Source: Desulfobacterales bacterium
GTDB lineage: Bacteria > Desulfobacterota > Desulfobacteria > Desulfobacterales > UBA5852
Direction: 5' to 3'
NCBI GenBank assembly: GCA_963674755.2
Contig: CAXXVS010000001.1
Coordinates: 448,001 to 512,000, forward strand
DNA: 64,000 nucleotides
Part shown: one piece after another, positions 8,800 to 19,803 of the stretch
Numbering within the stretch: the first letter of the stretch is position 1
How the letters are laid out: each line of letters begins with the position of its first letter
Notes under the pieces: generated by a model
The model's input: the letters and a program-made list of their open reading frames with translations, nothing else
Databases searched by the model: none
Told to the model about the DNA's origin: nothing
Translations under genes and position numbers: made by a program

Positions 8800-10728
8800 A
8801 TGACGGATCTATCCCACCTGTTCGCGCCCATTACCATCGGCTCCATGACGGCCCCCAACCGGCTCATGATGCCGGCCATGAGCATCAATTTCGGTGTCGA
8901 CGCCCAGGGCTTCGTGACCGATCAACTCATCGACTATTTCGTGGCCCGGGCCCGGGGCGGGGCGGGGCTGTTGCTGGTGGGCGGCGGCGGGATTCACCCT
9001 ACGGGGGTCGAGCTGCCGGAATTGCCAAAACTCTGGCAGGATGCCTGCATTCCCGCCCTGCGCCGCATGGTGGCGGCCGTGCGGCCCTTTGAAGCCTGCT
9101 TCGGCGTCCAGTTGATGCATGGCGGACGACAATCCTACCACGATCAAAAGGTGGCCCCTTCGGCCATTCCGGCCCCGGCCGTGGTCAAGGGCATCCCCAA
9201 GGCCCTTACGATCGAGGAGATCGACGAACTGGTGGCCGCCTTCGGCGATGCGGCCCGGCGCTGCCGCGACGCCGGCTTCGACTTCATTGAAATCCACGGG
9301 GCCCACGGTTATCTCATCAACCAGTTCATGGCGCTGAACAGCAACACGCGGGAGGATCGTTACGGCGGCAGCTTCGCGAACCGGATTCGCTTTATGATGG
9401 AAGTCCTGGCCGATATCAAGGCCAAGGCGGGTGACGACTATCCGGTGGGCGTTCGGATCAACGGCAATGATTTCATCCGCAACGGCTGGACCCTGGAAGA
9501 TACCCTGCGGCTGGCGCCCCTTCTGGAGTCGGCCGGAGCGGCTTATCTGCATGTGTCGGCCGGGGTCTACGGCTCGACGGAATTGACCATCCCGTCCGTC
9601 TATGCCCCCCAGGGCTGTTTCGTCCATCTGGCCGAAGCGGTCAAAAAGGTGGTCTCCCTGCCGGTGGTGACCGTGGGGCGGATCAAACATGCCGCCATGG
9701 CCGACCAGATCATTGCCGAAGGCCGGGCGGATGCGGTGGCCATGGGGCGGGCCCTGCTGGCCGATCCCGAGCTGCCCAACAAAGCGCGCCGCGCTGGAAT
9801 ACCGATTCGGCCCTGCATCGGCTGCTGCCTGGGATGCATCCACGCCGCACTGCAACTCGAACCCGGGGGCTGTGTGGTCAATCCGGATGTGGGACGGGAG
9901 TATTTGCTGAAGGACGACGGCCCGGCCGCGGTGGCGCGCACCGTCCTGGTGGTGGGGGGCGGCCCGGCCGGATTGGCCGCGGCCCGCATGGCGGCCCTAC
10001 GGGGCCATCGGGTGACCCTGGTCGAGGCCGGTCCAGTCTTGGGCGGCCTGTTTCGCCTGGCGGCCCGGGCGCCCGGGCGGCAGGAGGCGGGCGATATCCT
10101 GACGTACTTCATGCAAGAGCTTGAGCGCCTGCAAATGGATGTCCGTCTGGAAACCCCGCTGACCGCCGAACTGCTCGATGGGCTGGCACCCGACGTGGCG
10201 GTCCTGGCCACGGGCAGTTTACCCGACACGCCTATTATCAAGGGGTTTTCCGGTACCAAGATGGCCGTCTACGCCGTTGTGGAGGTTATGGAAGGAGAGC
10301 TGCCCGAGGGCGAACGGGTCATCGTTCTGGGGGGGGGTCAGAGCGCCCTGATGTTGGCGGATTTTCTGGCCGAAGCAGGCAAATCCGTGGTGGTGCTGAA
10401 CCGCGGCCGGCATTTCGGCGAAGAGATGTCCAGCAACGACCGGTTTTACCTCCGGGAGCGGCTCAACCGCCATGGCGTGGCCCTCCATAAAAATGTGGCC
10501 GTAGAAGCCTTTCTGGCGCACGGGGCTCGTATCCGCACCGGCGGGGCGGTCGCAACGCTCGATAACATGGATGCCCTGGTGATTGCCGAGGGCATGACGG
10601 CCATCCGCCCGGATCGGCGTCTCTTTACCGACCGGCCCATTGCGGTGCATACGATCGGGGATGCCAAAGAACCCCGCAACCTGATGCTGGCCATCGCGGA
10701 GGGCGAAGAACTGGGGCGCACGATTTAG
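8800..10728 (+). CDS. NADH:flavin oxidoreductase, Old Yellow Enzyme family with Fe-S and FAD domains (FadH/BaiCD-like)
   Basis: AGFDFIEIHGAHGYLINQF, NTREDRYGGS, CIGCCLGC..CVVNP, VVGGGPAG. Confidence 0.92.
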   Translation: MTDLSHLFAPITIGSMTAPNRLMMPAMSINFGVDAQGFVTDQLIDYFVARARGGAGLLLVGGGGIHPTGVELPELPKLWQDACIPALRRMVAAVRPFEACFGVQLMHGGRQSYHDQKVAPSAIPAPAVVKGIPKALTIEEIDELVAAFGDAARRCRDAGFDFIEIHGAHGYLINQFMALNSNTREDRYGGSFANRIRFMMEVLADIKAKAGDDYPVGVRINGNDFIRNGWTLEDTLRLAPLLESAGAAYLHVSAGVYGSTELTIPSVYAPQGCFVHLAEAVKKVVSLPVVTVGRIKHAAMADQIIAEGRADAVAMGRALLADPELPNKARRAGIPIRPCIGCCLGCIHAALQLEPGGCVVNPDVGREYLLKDDGPAAVARTVLVVGGGPAGLAAARMAALRGHRVTLVEAGPVLGGLFRLAARAPGRQEAGDILTYFMQELERLQMDVRLETPLTAELLDGLAPDVAVLATGSLPDTPIIKGFSGTKMAVYAVVEVMEGELPEGERVIVLGGGQSALMLADFLAEAGKSVVVLNRGRHFGEEMSSNDRFYLRERLNRHGVALHKNVAVEAFLAHGARIRTGGAVATLDNMDALVIAEGMTAIRPDRRLFTDRPIAVHTIGDAKEPRNLMLAIAEGEELGRTI

Positions 10729-10775
10729 GGCCTGTCCGGAAATGATCTTTGGGGCTCTGGCCGGTCAGAGCGGGT

Positions 10776-11120
10776 CTACGTTTCGGGCGTATCGCTCAGT
10801 TTGGGGTTATTGCGGTGGCGCTCGGAATCCCGGCAGGTTTTTTTGATCAGGTTGCGTTCCACGGCGGCCGTAAGGTCGATGCCGGTCTGGTTGGCAAGGC
10901 ATACCACGACGAAGAGGACATCGGCCAGTTCGTCGGCCAGGTCGTGGTTTTCTTCGGGGGTCTTGAAGCTTTGGTCGCCATAGGTGCGGGCCATGATGCG
11001 GGCCACCTCGCCAACTTCTTCCATGAGGATGGCCGTGTTGGTGAGTTCGGAAAAATAGCGTACCCCCACCGTATTGACCCAGGCGTCAATCTTTTTCTGG
11101 TATGCTTCGATTGTAAGCAT
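10776..11120 (-). CDS. MazG-like nucleotide pyrophosphohydrolase (YpjD-like)
   Basis: LMEEVGEVAR, LADELADVLFVVVCLANQTGIDL. Confidence 0.9.
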   Translation of the reverse strand: MLTIEAYQKKIDAWVNTVGVRYFSELTNTAILMEEVGEVARIMARTYGDQSFKTPEENHDLADELADVLFVVVCLANQTGIDLTAAVERNLIKKTCRDSERHRNNPKLSDTPET

Positions 11121-11337
11121 GTGTCATTTCTCCACTATAGGGTCGCCTTGCAATCGGCCAACGATTTCGCTATGCAAGGGGTGCATGTTAGCGCCACCGT
11201 AATGCAGATTTCGCCGCCATTCAACCGTGCTGTTGTTTATCACCGACGGCCGCGCCGTCTATACGGCCGATTTTCAGCCTTCGGGGGATGGCGGTAGACA
11301 TCCGTCCGCCCATTCACCGCCATGGAGAGAAGTGCCG

Positions 11338-12714
11338 ATGATCAGGGTCCGTATTGGGGTCTGTTGCTTATTGATCGCCTGGCTGGCTTTGGGCACGAAC
11401 GGTTGCATGTTCATGCGCTTGAGCCAGGACCTCAAGCAGGTTGAAAGCAAGGACGCCTACATCCGCGGGCGGGTATCCTACCATGCGGACCAGAATGCCC
11501 CCGTGCTGATGCTGCTGATAACCGTCGACGGCGACAAGAAGCAGGTCGCCGATTTTTCCGTGATGGAGCAGCCCGGCCTCTATGCCTTCCTGGTGCCCCA
11601 AGGCACATACTACGTAGCGGGTTTTATCGATCTGAATCGCAACATGCGTCCGGACATCGGGGAAATTTACGGGGTCTACGGCGCCCCGGACCCGGTGGTG
11701 GTAGAGCACGCGGGCATGATCAACGGTATCGACCTGACGCTGGACCGCGTCATCCGCAAAGGCGAGATCGATACGGATTTCTGGGCTCAAATGCACCTGG
11801 AAAAATCGTCCGCCAGCGCCTATATCAGTGCCGCCGGCGCCGTGGCTGATCTGGATAACCGTTATTTCACTCCCGATTATGCGGCCAAAGGTCTCTGGGA
11901 GCCTTATACCACACTGAGGGAAATGGGGATTGGCCTGTTCTTCCTCGAAGACTACGATCCCGGCAAAATCCCGGTGCTTTTTGTCTACGGTGCGTCCGGT
12001 CACGTCCAGAACTGGCGGCCGATTTTCGACCGGATGGACCGGCAGCGCTTTCAACCCTGGTTTTTCAACTACCCTTCCGGACTCGATTTGGACTTTATCG
12101 GCAACGCCCTGGAAGGCGCTATTCAGTTGCTTCATGACCGCTACGAATTCGATACCCTTTTCATTGTGGCCCACAGCATGGGCGGACTGGTGGCCCGCCA
12201 CGCCATCCTGCAGGGCGTTTACGACGATCACCAGGATTACATCCGCTTGTTCCTCACCATTTCGACCCCCTGGGGCGGACACCGGGCCGCGGCCCAGGGC
12301 GTCAAATATGCACCGGCCGTGGTGCCCAGCTGGCGGGATATGGCGCCGGACAGCGATTTTCTGGCACATCTCTACAGCCGCCCGCTGCCGCCGGAAGTGC
12401 CCTACTACCTCTTTTTCAGCTATGGCGGCCGGTCGGGCATGATGGATGAAAATAACGACGGGGCCGTCACCCTGGAAAGCCAGCTGGATTACCGGGTTCA
12501 GCGCCCTGCCAAGGCGCTTTTCGGCTTTGAGGACGACCATGTGAAGGTACTCTCCAGCGCGGATATGATCGGTATCTTCAATACTGTTTTGCGGGAACGT
12601 GCCGATGGGATTGCCCCAGGGGCCCTGCGCCGGATCTTTCGGCTGCCGAAGGGGACATCACAGAATACCGGCCGGTCTAGCGCCAAGGAGCAGTGGCGCA
12701 AGCCTATCCATTGA
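11338..12714 (+). CDS. lipoprotein alpha/beta hydrolase (lipase/esterase-like)
   Basis: Lipobox-like ALGTNGC; IPVLFVYG, AHSMGG nucleophile, STPWGG, NDGAV, DH. Confidence 0.8.
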   Translation: MIRVRIGVCCLLIAWLALGTNGCMFMRLSQDLKQVESKDAYIRGRVSYHADQNAPVLMLLITVDGDKKQVADFSVMEQPGLYAFLVPQGTYYVAGFIDLNRNMRPDIGEIYGVYGAPDPVVVEHAGMINGIDLTLDRVIRKGEIDTDFWAQMHLEKSSASAYISAAGAVADLDNRYFTPDYAAKGLWEPYTTLREMGIGLFFLEDYDPGKIPVLFVYGASGHVQNWRPIFDRMDRQRFQPWFFNYPSGLDLDFIGNALEGAIQLLHDRYEFDTLFIVAHSMGGLVARHAILQGVYDDHQDYIRLFLTISTPWGGHRAAAQGVKYAPAVVPSWRDMAPDSDFLAHLYSRPLPPEVPYYLFFSYGGRSGMMDENNDGAVTLESQLDYRVQRPAKALFGFEDDHVKVLSSADMIGIFNTVLRERADGIAPGALRRIFRLPKGTSQNTGRSSAKEQWRKPIH

Positions 12715-12800
12715 CAAGTCAAAAGGGGAGCGATTAAGAATGGCCGGCGCGGCTGCGGATTCTTCCCCCACCCCACCGCTAACATTTTGAAGGAGACGAC

Positions 12801-13595
12801 ATGCAGCAGGTCCGCAGGATCATCGACCTCAATTCCGATGTCGGCGAAAGCTTTGGCAACTATACCCTCGGTCTGGACAAAGAAGTAGTCCCCCTGATCA
12901 GCTCGGCCAACATCGCCTGTGGCTTCCATGCCGGCGATCCGCTGGTGATGCGGCGTACGGTGCGGCTGGCCCTGGCCAACGGAGTCGCTCCCGGGGCGCA
13001 CCCCGGCTTCCCGGATCTCATGGGCTTCGGTCGCCGCAACATGGATGCCACCGCCGATGAGATCCGCGATTATGTCGCCTACCAGGTGGGGGCTTTAAGC
13101 GCCTTCGTGAAGGCCGAAGGGGGGCGATTGCAGCATGTCAAACCCCACGGGGCGCTCTATACCATGGCGGTCGGCGATCCCGGTATCTGGCAGACCGTGG
13201 CCGAGGCCATCGCCGCCATCGATCACAATTTGATTCTCTTCGTACTGGGCGGCCGCAACCGGGACGCGCTCAAAGCCATGGGCCGCAAGATCGGCATCCG
13301 TGTGGCCTGCGAATTTTTTGCGGACCGGGCTTACAACACCGACGGCTCGCTGGTCTCGCGACGGGAGCCCGGGGCGGTGATCAGGGACCACGATCTCGCT
13401 GCCGCCCGGGTGCTCAAGATGGTGACCGAAGGGCGCGTGATCTGTATCAACGGTGAGGAAATCGCTCTTTCCGGTGATACGGTTTGTGTCCATGGGGATA
13501 ACCCTTCGGCCCTGGCCCTCGTTCGCCGCATTCGGGAAACCCTTGCCGAGGCGGGGGTCGCGGTCCAGCCCGTGGGCACCTTTTTGCAGGATTGA
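12801..13595 (+). CDS. pxpA: 5-oxoprolinase subunit A (LamB/YcsF)
   Basis: IDLNSDVGES, SANIACGFHAGDP, GAHPGFPD..FGRR, HVKPHGALY, TVCVHGD. Confidence 0.93.
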   Translation: MQQVRRIIDLNSDVGESFGNYTLGLDKEVVPLISSANIACGFHAGDPLVMRRTVRLALANGVAPGAHPGFPDLMGFGRRNMDATADEIRDYVAYQVGALSAFVKAEGGRLQHVKPHGALYTMAVGDPGIWQTVAEAIAAIDHNLILFVLGGRNRDALKAMGRKIGIRVACEFFADRAYNTDGSLVSRREPGAVIRDHDLAAARVLKMVTEGRVICINGEEIALSGDTVCVHGDNPSALALVRRIRETLAEAGVAVQPVGTFLQD

Positions 13596-14281
13596 TGCGA
13601 ATGCCGGCCGAGATTCGACACCTGGGAGACCGGGGGCTGCTGGTGGAACTGGGGGACGGGATCGATCCGGCGGTCAATCGCCGCGTCCAACGGTTGCAGC
13701 AGATGATAGTCCGCGAGACCCTATGGGGCGTGGTGGAAACCATTCCGGCCTACTGCTCCCTGCTGGTGGTGTATGACCCCCTGCGGGCCGCACCGCAGGC
13801 CCTGGCCCGTCAGATCAGGGGCCTGTGCGATTTTGAGGATGCCGCGGCATCCGAGATCCAGCGGCCGGTGATCGAAATTCCGGTGGTTTACGGCGGCGAG
13901 GCCGGTCCGGACCTGGAGGCCGTGGCCGCTTATCATAAGCTAACGGGCGAAGAGATCATCCACCTGCACAGCGGCACCGTCTACCGGGTCTACATGATCG
14001 GGTTTACGCCCGGCTTCCCTTACATGGGCGAACTGCCCCAGGCACTGGATACCCCCCGCCGGGAAACCCCCCGCACCCACATTCCCAAGGGATCGGTGGC
14101 CATCGCCCAGCGCCAGACCGGTATCTATCCGGTGGTCAGCCCCGGCGGCTGGCAGATCATCGGCCACACCCCCCTGGAACTCTTCGATCCCCAGCAGGAC
14201 CACCCATCCCTCCTGGGGATGGGTGACGAAGTCCGCTTTGTTCCCGTCACAGCCGAGGAGGCCTCCCAATGGGCACGGTAG
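13592..14281 (+). CDS. pxpB: 5-oxoprolinase subunit B (KipI/CT_C_D)
   Basis: IEIPVVYGGEAGPDL, GFTPGFPYMG, QTGIYP..SPGGWQIIG. Confidence 0.92.
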   Translation: MMRMPAEIRHLGDRGLLVELGDGIDPAVNRRVQRLQQMIVRETLWGVVETIPAYCSLLVVYDPLRAAPQALARQIRGLCDFEDAAASEIQRPVIEIPVVYGGEAGPDLEAVAAYHKLTGEEIIHLHSGTVYRVYMIGFTPGFPYMGELPQALDTPRRETPRTHIPKGSVAIAQRQTGIYPVVSPGGWQIIGHTPLELFDPQQDHPSLLGMGDEVRFVPVTAEEASQWAR

Positions 14282-15246
14282 ACCTGCTGGAGATTTTAGC
14301 CCCCGGAATCCTGGCCTCGCTGCAGGATACCGGCCGGCAGGGCTATGGCCGGATCGGGGTGGCACCCAGCGGGGCTGCGGACAGTTACGCCTGCCGGATC
14401 GGCAACCTCCTGGTGGGCAATCTGGAAAACGCCGCGGCCCTTGAAATCACCCTGATGGGATTCCAGGCCCGTTTCCGCTGCGAAGCCGTCTTTGCCATCA
14501 CCGGTGCCGACCTGCAGCCCACCCTGAACGGCCGACCGCTGCCCCTTTGGACGGTGTTGCGAGCCGCGCCCGGCGACCGGCTCGAACTACCCGCCGCGGC
14601 CTGCGGCTGCCGGGCCTACCTGGCGGTGGGGGGCGGTTTTCATGCGCCGGCCGTCATGGGCAGCCGGTCCACCAATATCGGGGCGGGCTTCGGCGGCCAT
14701 GAAGGACGCGCCCTGCAAGCCGGCGACGTGCTCCGGGGCTGCGGCCCGGCGTCTTACCTGTCGTTGTCCGGCCGGTCCCTGCCGGACACCCTCTGGCCCG
14801 TACATACATCCGACTGGGTCCTGCGGGTGCTGCCCGGCCCCCAGAGCGACCAGTTTCCGGCTGCCAGCCGGACACAATTTTACGAAGCCCTCTATACGGT
14901 CAGCGGCGCCTCCAACCGCACCGGGGTGCGCCTGGAAGGCCCGGCCATCGCCAAGGAGGCCGGGGCGCCCGCGTCCATCCTGTCGGAAGGCATTCTGTGC
15001 GGCGCCATCCAGGTGCCCGGAGACGGCAAGCCCATCATCCTGATGAACGAAACCGTTACCGGCGGCTATCGCAAGATCGCCGTGGTCATCGCCGCCGATC
15101 TGCCGCTGCTGGGCCAGGTGGCCCCGGGCGATACGGTGCGTTTCCGGGAAACCGACCTCGCCCAGGCGCGCCAGCTGCTAAGCGGGGTGGAGGCTGCCGT
15201 GGACTGGGCACGACGTCACTTCAGCGATTGGCAGCAGACCCTCTGA
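14269..15246 (+). CDS. pxpC: 5-oxoprolinase subunit C (KipA/CT_A_B)
   Basis: LQDTGRQG, RAYLAVGGG, GSRST, SNRTGVRL, GAIQVPGDG.PII, TGGY. Confidence 0.9.
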   Translation: MGTVDLLEILAPGILASLQDTGRQGYGRIGVAPSGAADSYACRIGNLLVGNLENAAALEITLMGFQARFRCEAVFAITGADLQPTLNGRPLPLWTVLRAAPGDRLELPAAACGCRAYLAVGGGFHAPAVMGSRSTNIGAGFGGHEGRALQAGDVLRGCGPASYLSLSGRSLPDTLWPVHTSDWVLRVLPGPQSDQFPAASRTQFYEALYTVSGASNRTGVRLEGPAIAKEAGAPASILSEGILCGAIQVPGDGKPIILMNETVTGGYRKIAVVIAADLPLLGQVAPGDTVRFRETDLAQARQLLSGVEAAVDWARRHFSDWQQTL

Positions 15247-15592
15247 GCAGGCCGAAGGCTCTTTCGGGTGAAGCCCTGCCAGCCAGGCAACTTGCCAATT
15301 CGTCCGGAATCTGATACGCCCCTAGCACTTCAGCCGGACAACCTCACGCGGTGCAATGCCGACCATCTTGCCGTTTTTGTTATCTTAGAAATGCCGTATT
15401 CTTGCGCGACCGGGACCGACACCAGATAGAGCCGACATATTCGACAGCCTATTTATTCCCGTTTGGAAATCGCCCATGGCTTATCGTCAAAGCGGAACCA
15501 TCCAATTTTCGGGTAGGAAAATCCATCTTACATCGTCTGCCATAAGATCCACAGGGCCGCTGCCGGACCTTATCCTGCGATTTCGTCCTGCA

Positions 15593-17092
15593 ATGTGGTT
15601 TGTCTGGGGTGTTGTCCTTGTCGCAGGGCTTGCAGGATGTACCACGACCACTCTACCGGCAGGTGCCGACCAGATGCCGGGAGCCGACGGCATTGCCCCC
15701 TTGGCAGCGGATACCCTATTCCAGCGACAACTGGGTGTCCATTGGTACAAGATCCGCGAAGACGATTTGAGGGTTGGTTGGGGCCGTATCGAAAAAAGTG
15801 AGTGCTCCAGTTTTTTTACGACGGGAAAGCGTTATCGGATCGACATAGAGTTGAATAGGACCCTGTTGATCAACGGGTATGCGCATCAAGTCGCCAACAG
15901 CCTGCGGATGGAATTTGAGACCCAACCACCGTTTCGACTTCTGGGGTTCAAGGCTCAGGAGCAAATAAACGATCACCGCTCATCAAAAGAGATCGTGCGT
16001 GCCGGCAATGGGTTCCGTTTGCGTGTCGAAAATGGCGGTAAGACCGTCAAGAAAGTGATCGCGGATATCGATTATCACCTCGACGATGCGCTGGCCATCG
16101 AACGCTGGCTCGGCAAATCGCCGCCTGTTGGGGATTTCATCTACATGGCCTATCTCGACCCGGATACACTGGAACGGATGGCAGGGTTGGTCAAAATCGC
16201 ATCGATTGACCAAAGCGTCGATTCGGTACGCCGTTATCACCTTACATACGCACGAATGGGACTAGGGATGACGGACGCAGTCTTCAACGACGACCTGACA
16301 TTGGCATCCTGCCATTTCGACCGGGGTTTCGGAATGCAGCTTGCCACAGAAGACGAAGCGCGAAGCCCCATCCCTGCAAAGGACTTGTATATTCACTATA
16401 TGCTTCCAATCGATGGCACCATCGGACGGAAGGACGAGGTCGCGCGGCTGGAGCTGACGATCGATACCCGGACCGGCGAACTTCTCGGAAATGCTCCTGG
16501 ACAGGAAGTGATGCCGGTACCGGACGCACAGTGCTACCGCGTCATTCTTGATCCAACAGGTGGTTTCCGCGAGGCCGCATCCGCCCGCGAGATCAGGGAT
16601 GCCCTGGAAGTACCGGAAGCATTGACGCGGGATGGCGGGGCGCTTTTGCAGACTGCCCGGAGACAACTCGATGGGGTCCGCGACCGGCAGCTCATGGTCG
16701 AGCGCCTGATGGCGCTGGTCGATGAGACGATTGCCGACAGCAATGCCATATTGTCACCGAATTTGAGTTATGCCCTTAAGAAGCGAAAAGGGGACTGCAG
16801 CGAACATGCGGCCGTTTTCGAGGCCTTGGCCAGGGCGTTCGAGATCCCCTGCCGCCGCGTAGGCGGCCTGGTGTATATGGGCGACTGGTCCCAGAGTTTC
16901 GGCCTGCATGCATGGAATGAAATCGTCATTGACGGTTATTGGCAGCCCGTCGATGTCACCCGGCAATCATCAGCGTTGCCCCCTTTCTATATCCGTTTCC
17001 CCTTGAATGCAGAAAAGCAGGATTTGCTGACGCACCATATCGCCCGCATGAAGATTAGCGTATTCGATGTCCGGAACCGCGCGTTGCCGTAA
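15593..17092 (+). CDS. lipoprotein with C-terminal transglutaminase-like domain
   Basis: Lipobox GLAGC; catalytic triad motifs GDCSEHA, HAWNE, WQPVD. Confidence 0.8.
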   Translation: MWFVWGVVLVAGLAGCTTTTLPAGADQMPGADGIAPLAADTLFQRQLGVHWYKIREDDLRVGWGRIEKSECSSFFTTGKRYRIDIELNRTLLINGYAHQVANSLRMEFETQPPFRLLGFKAQEQINDHRSSKEIVRAGNGFRLRVENGGKTVKKVIADIDYHLDDALAIERWLGKSPPVGDFIYMAYLDPDTLERMAGLVKIASIDQSVDSVRRYHLTYARMGLGMTDAVFNDDLTLASCHFDRGFGMQLATEDEARSPIPAKDLYIHYMLPIDGTIGRKDEVARLELTIDTRTGELLGNAPGQEVMPVPDAQCYRVILDPTGGFREAASAREIRDALEVPEALTRDGGALLQTARRQLDGVRDRQLMVERLMALVDETIADSNAILSPNLSYALKKRKGDCSEHAAVFEALARAFEIPCRRVGGLVYMGDWSQSFGLHAWNEIVIDGYWQPVDVTRQSSALPPFYIRFPLNAEKQDLLTHHIARMKISVFDVRNRALP

Positions 17093-17128
17093 TGGCAGCC
17101 AAGAACGAAGGGGACTTGACGCAAGGAG

Positions 17129-17728
17129 GTGGAAAACGTGAAACTTATTTGGGGCTCGGTATTGAACGTGCTGGTCCTGTGTTTGTTCGGCTGCACGTCC
17201 AGCCGCGTGAATATGATCGACGACCATACATTCCTATCGACGTACGAGCCTAAATTGCGCATCGACGTGGCTCCGGACTACACGCTGAAAAGGGACAGCG
17301 GCAAACGCTATACCTATGAATTTCTCAACCAAGACGAACATCGTTATATTTTGATTCGCTACACGCCAAAACCGGGGTATTCAACGAATATCGACTATTT
17401 CAATCATCCTGCCAAATGGATCTTTTACGAAATTCCCAACTGCGATATCATCGACAAGGGCGAACTCGAGCGCTTTAACCAAAAGTGGTTCTACCGTGAT
17501 ATCATTCACCATGTTTCCTCGGCGAAGTGCGCCATGGTCAGGGAGATGGGGTGTTTCACACCGTCCCATGCGGTGCTGAAAGTGCTTTATTTGCAGGATC
17601 TGCCGCCCTATAAATGTGCATCCTGGGAAGGGATACAGGTTCTCGGGCCGGAACAGCAGGCCAAATTCGACGTGTTCCTCAAGAACCATGCAAACGATAT
17701 TCAAATGTCCGCTTATGAAGATGAATAG
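17129..17728 (+). CDS. hypothetical lipoprotein
   Basis: AGGAGG RBS; hydrophobic N-terminus ending LFGC. Confidence 0.65.
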   Translation: MENVKLIWGSVLNVLVLCLFGCTSSRVNMIDDHTFLSTYEPKLRIDVAPDYTLKRDSGKRYTYEFLNQDEHRYILIRYTPKPGYSTNIDYFNHPAKWIFYEIPNCDIIDKGELERFNQKWFYRDIIHHVSSAKCAMVREMGCFTPSHAVLKVLYLQDLPPYKCASWEGIQVLGPEQQAKFDVFLKNHANDIQMSAYEDE

Positions 17729-17873
17729 CTTGGGAGGGGGACCCGGACCGCCGATGCCTGGGGAACGGTCTCTCCTTTGGCCTTTGAGAGACAGGCGGCG
17801 TTCATTTATGGTTAAGGCATGTCTTATCCAAGTGGAATCATCTCGCAAAAATTACTAAAGGAATTTGCTGGTC

Positions 17874-18362
17874 ATGACCTCCCGCCCCAAAAGCCGACGT
17901 GATGTCCCCCTGATCGTCCTCGCCTCGCGCACCGGCAATACCCGCAAGGTGGCCGAAGCCATGGGGAAACCCTTGGCCGCCGAGTTGGTGACCATCGAGC
18001 AGCTGAAGGCTCATCAGCTGCGGGGGCGGCGCCTGATCGGGCTGGGGTCGGGAGTCTACTGGCTGCGTCTGGACCGCCGGATCATCGATCTGGCCGCCCA
18101 AATACCCTCCGACTGCCGGGTGTTCATCTTCAGTACCAGCGGGTGGCGGGGCAAGGTTCTGGAAAGGTTTTTCCGGTCCGAGCTGGAAAAGCAGTTGGCG
18201 CAGCACGGCATCACGGTGGTCGGCCGGTGGCACTGCCCGGGCCGGGATCAACAGGCCCTGTTCAAATGGCTCAATATCAGCCGGGGGCGGCCGAATGCGG
18301 AAGATATCCGCGGGGCAGGAGAATTTGCCGCATCCCTTATAACCCCAAAAAGGCGGATTTGA
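17874..18362 (+). CDS. flavodoxin-family protein
   Basis: SRTGNTRKVAEAM, GLGSGVY, VFIFSTSG, GRPNAEDI. Confidence 0.8.
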   Translation: MTSRPKSRRDVPLIVLASRTGNTRKVAEAMGKPLAAELVTIEQLKAHQLRGRRLIGLGSGVYWLRLDRRIIDLAAQIPSDCRVFIFSTSGWRGKVLERFFRSELEKQLAQHGITVVGRWHCPGRDQQALFKWLNISRGRPNAEDIRGAGEFAASLITPKRRI

Positions 18363-19053
18363 CCTGGTCGCTGGCCATGAGGTCGGCGCCGCTGCCTTCC
18401 CCCACGATGCGTCCGGTCTGCAGGATATAGCCCCGGTCGGCCAGGTCGAGGGCTTCGCGCACGTTCTGCTCCACCAGCAAGATGGTCATGCCTTCGTCCT
18501 TGAGCTTGCGGACCGTATCGAGCACTTCGTCCACCAGCACCGGCGCCAGGCCCAGGGACGGTTCATCCAGCATGAGGATGCGGGGATTGGACATGAGCCC
18601 CCGGCCGATAGCCACCATCTGCTGCTCGCCGCCGGAAAGGGTGGAGGCCGGCTGGCGGCGGCGTTCCTCCAGACGGGGAAACAGCCGGTAGACAAAGGCC
18701 AGGTTGGCCTGGATGCGGGCCTCATCATTCAGGACATAGGCCCCCAGCAGCAGGTTTTCTTCCACCGTGATGGGGCTGAAGAGCATTTTTTCTTCCGGAA
18801 CATAGACGATCCCGAGACGGACGATGGCCGGCGTGCGCAGTTTCTGGATGTCACGGCCCTCGAAGCGGATGCGGCCGGCAAAGGCCGGCTGGGCGCCCAT
18901 CACGGCCCGCAGCAGGGTGGATTTGCCGGCGCCGTTGGCCCCCAGCACACTCACGGTTTCCCCGGCCTCCACGTGCAGGGAAACCCCCTGCAAGACCGGC
19001 AGACCGGAGTAGCGCACCTTGATATCGTCGATTTCGAGAATGCGGGCGCTCAT
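18337..19053 (-). CDS. livF: Liv-type ABC ATPase
   Basis: GANGAGKST, LSGGEQQMVAIGRGL, DEPSLGLAP, LLVEQN. Confidence 0.92.
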   Translation of the reverse strand: MSARILEIDDIKVRYSGLPVLQGVSLHVEAGETVSVLGANGAGKSTLLRAVMGAQPAFAGRIRFEGRDIQKLRTPAIVRLGIVYVPEEKMLFSPITVEENLLLGAYVLNDEARIQANLAFVYRLFPRLEERRRQPASTLSGGEQQMVAIGRGLMSNPRILMLDEPSLGLAPVLVDEVLDTVRKLKDEGMTILLVEQNVREALDLADRGYILQTGRIVGEGSGADLMASDQVKSAFLGL

Positions 19054-19056
19054 GGC

Positions 19057-19803
19057 TTAAGATCTCTCTCTTCCGTGTCCCTGGACATAGCGCTCTCCCA
19101 GATAGGCCTTGATGACCTGTTCGTTGCGGGCGATGTCGGCGGGCAGGCCTTCGGCAATCTTGCGGCCGGAATCCAGGACGATCAACCGGTCGCTGGTGCG
19201 CATGACCAGTTCCATGACATGTTCGATCAGAATCACGGCCACGCCCATCTGGTGGTGAATATGACGGATGCTGGCCATGATGTCTTCGATCTCGCCGGGA
19301 TTGAGACCGGCGGCCACTTCGTCCAGCAGGAGCAGCTTGGGACGCGTCCCCAGAGCGGTGGCCATGGTGACCTTTTTCTGGGCGGCCACCGGCAGCTCGC
19401 TGACAAACGAGGAAGCGGCCGCGCTCAGGTTCAGATCGGCCAGGATGGCATCGGCCTGTTCCCGGGCCGCCCGGCGGGAGGGGGTGCGCATGAAGCAGCC
19501 CACCATGACGTTTTCGCGCACGGTCAGGTCGCCGGCCGCGGTGTAGACCTGGAAGGTGCGTGCTATACCGCGGCGGGCCACCTCATGGGCGTTCAAGGGT
19601 GTGATGTCGTCACCGTCGAAGACGATGCGTCCGCTGGTGACCGGGTACTTGCCGGCAATGCAGTTGAAGAGGGTGGTCTTGCCGGCCCCGTTGGGCCCGA
19701 TCAGTCCCAGCAATTCGTCCGGCGCCAGCCGGAAGGAGATCTTGTGATTGGCCCGCAGGCCGCCGAAATCCTTGACGAGGTTGTCGACTTCCAGTAGCGC
19801 CAT
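19057..19803 (-). CDS. livG: Liv-type ABC ATPase
   Basis: MALLEVDNLVKDFGGL, GPNGAGKTT, IARTFQ, IEHVM, VIKAYLG. Confidence 0.92.
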   Translation of the reverse strand: MALLEVDNLVKDFGGLRANHKISFRLAPDELLGLIGPNGAGKTTLFNCIAGKYPVTSGRIVFDGDDITPLNAHEVARRGIARTFQVYTAAGDLTVRENVMVGCFMRTPSRRAAREQADAILADLNLSAAASSFVSELPVAAQKKVTMATALGTRPKLLLLDEVAAGLNPGEIEDIMASIRHIHHQMGVAVILIEHVMELVMRTSDRLIVLDSGRKIAEGLPADIARNEQVIKAYLGERYVQGHGRERS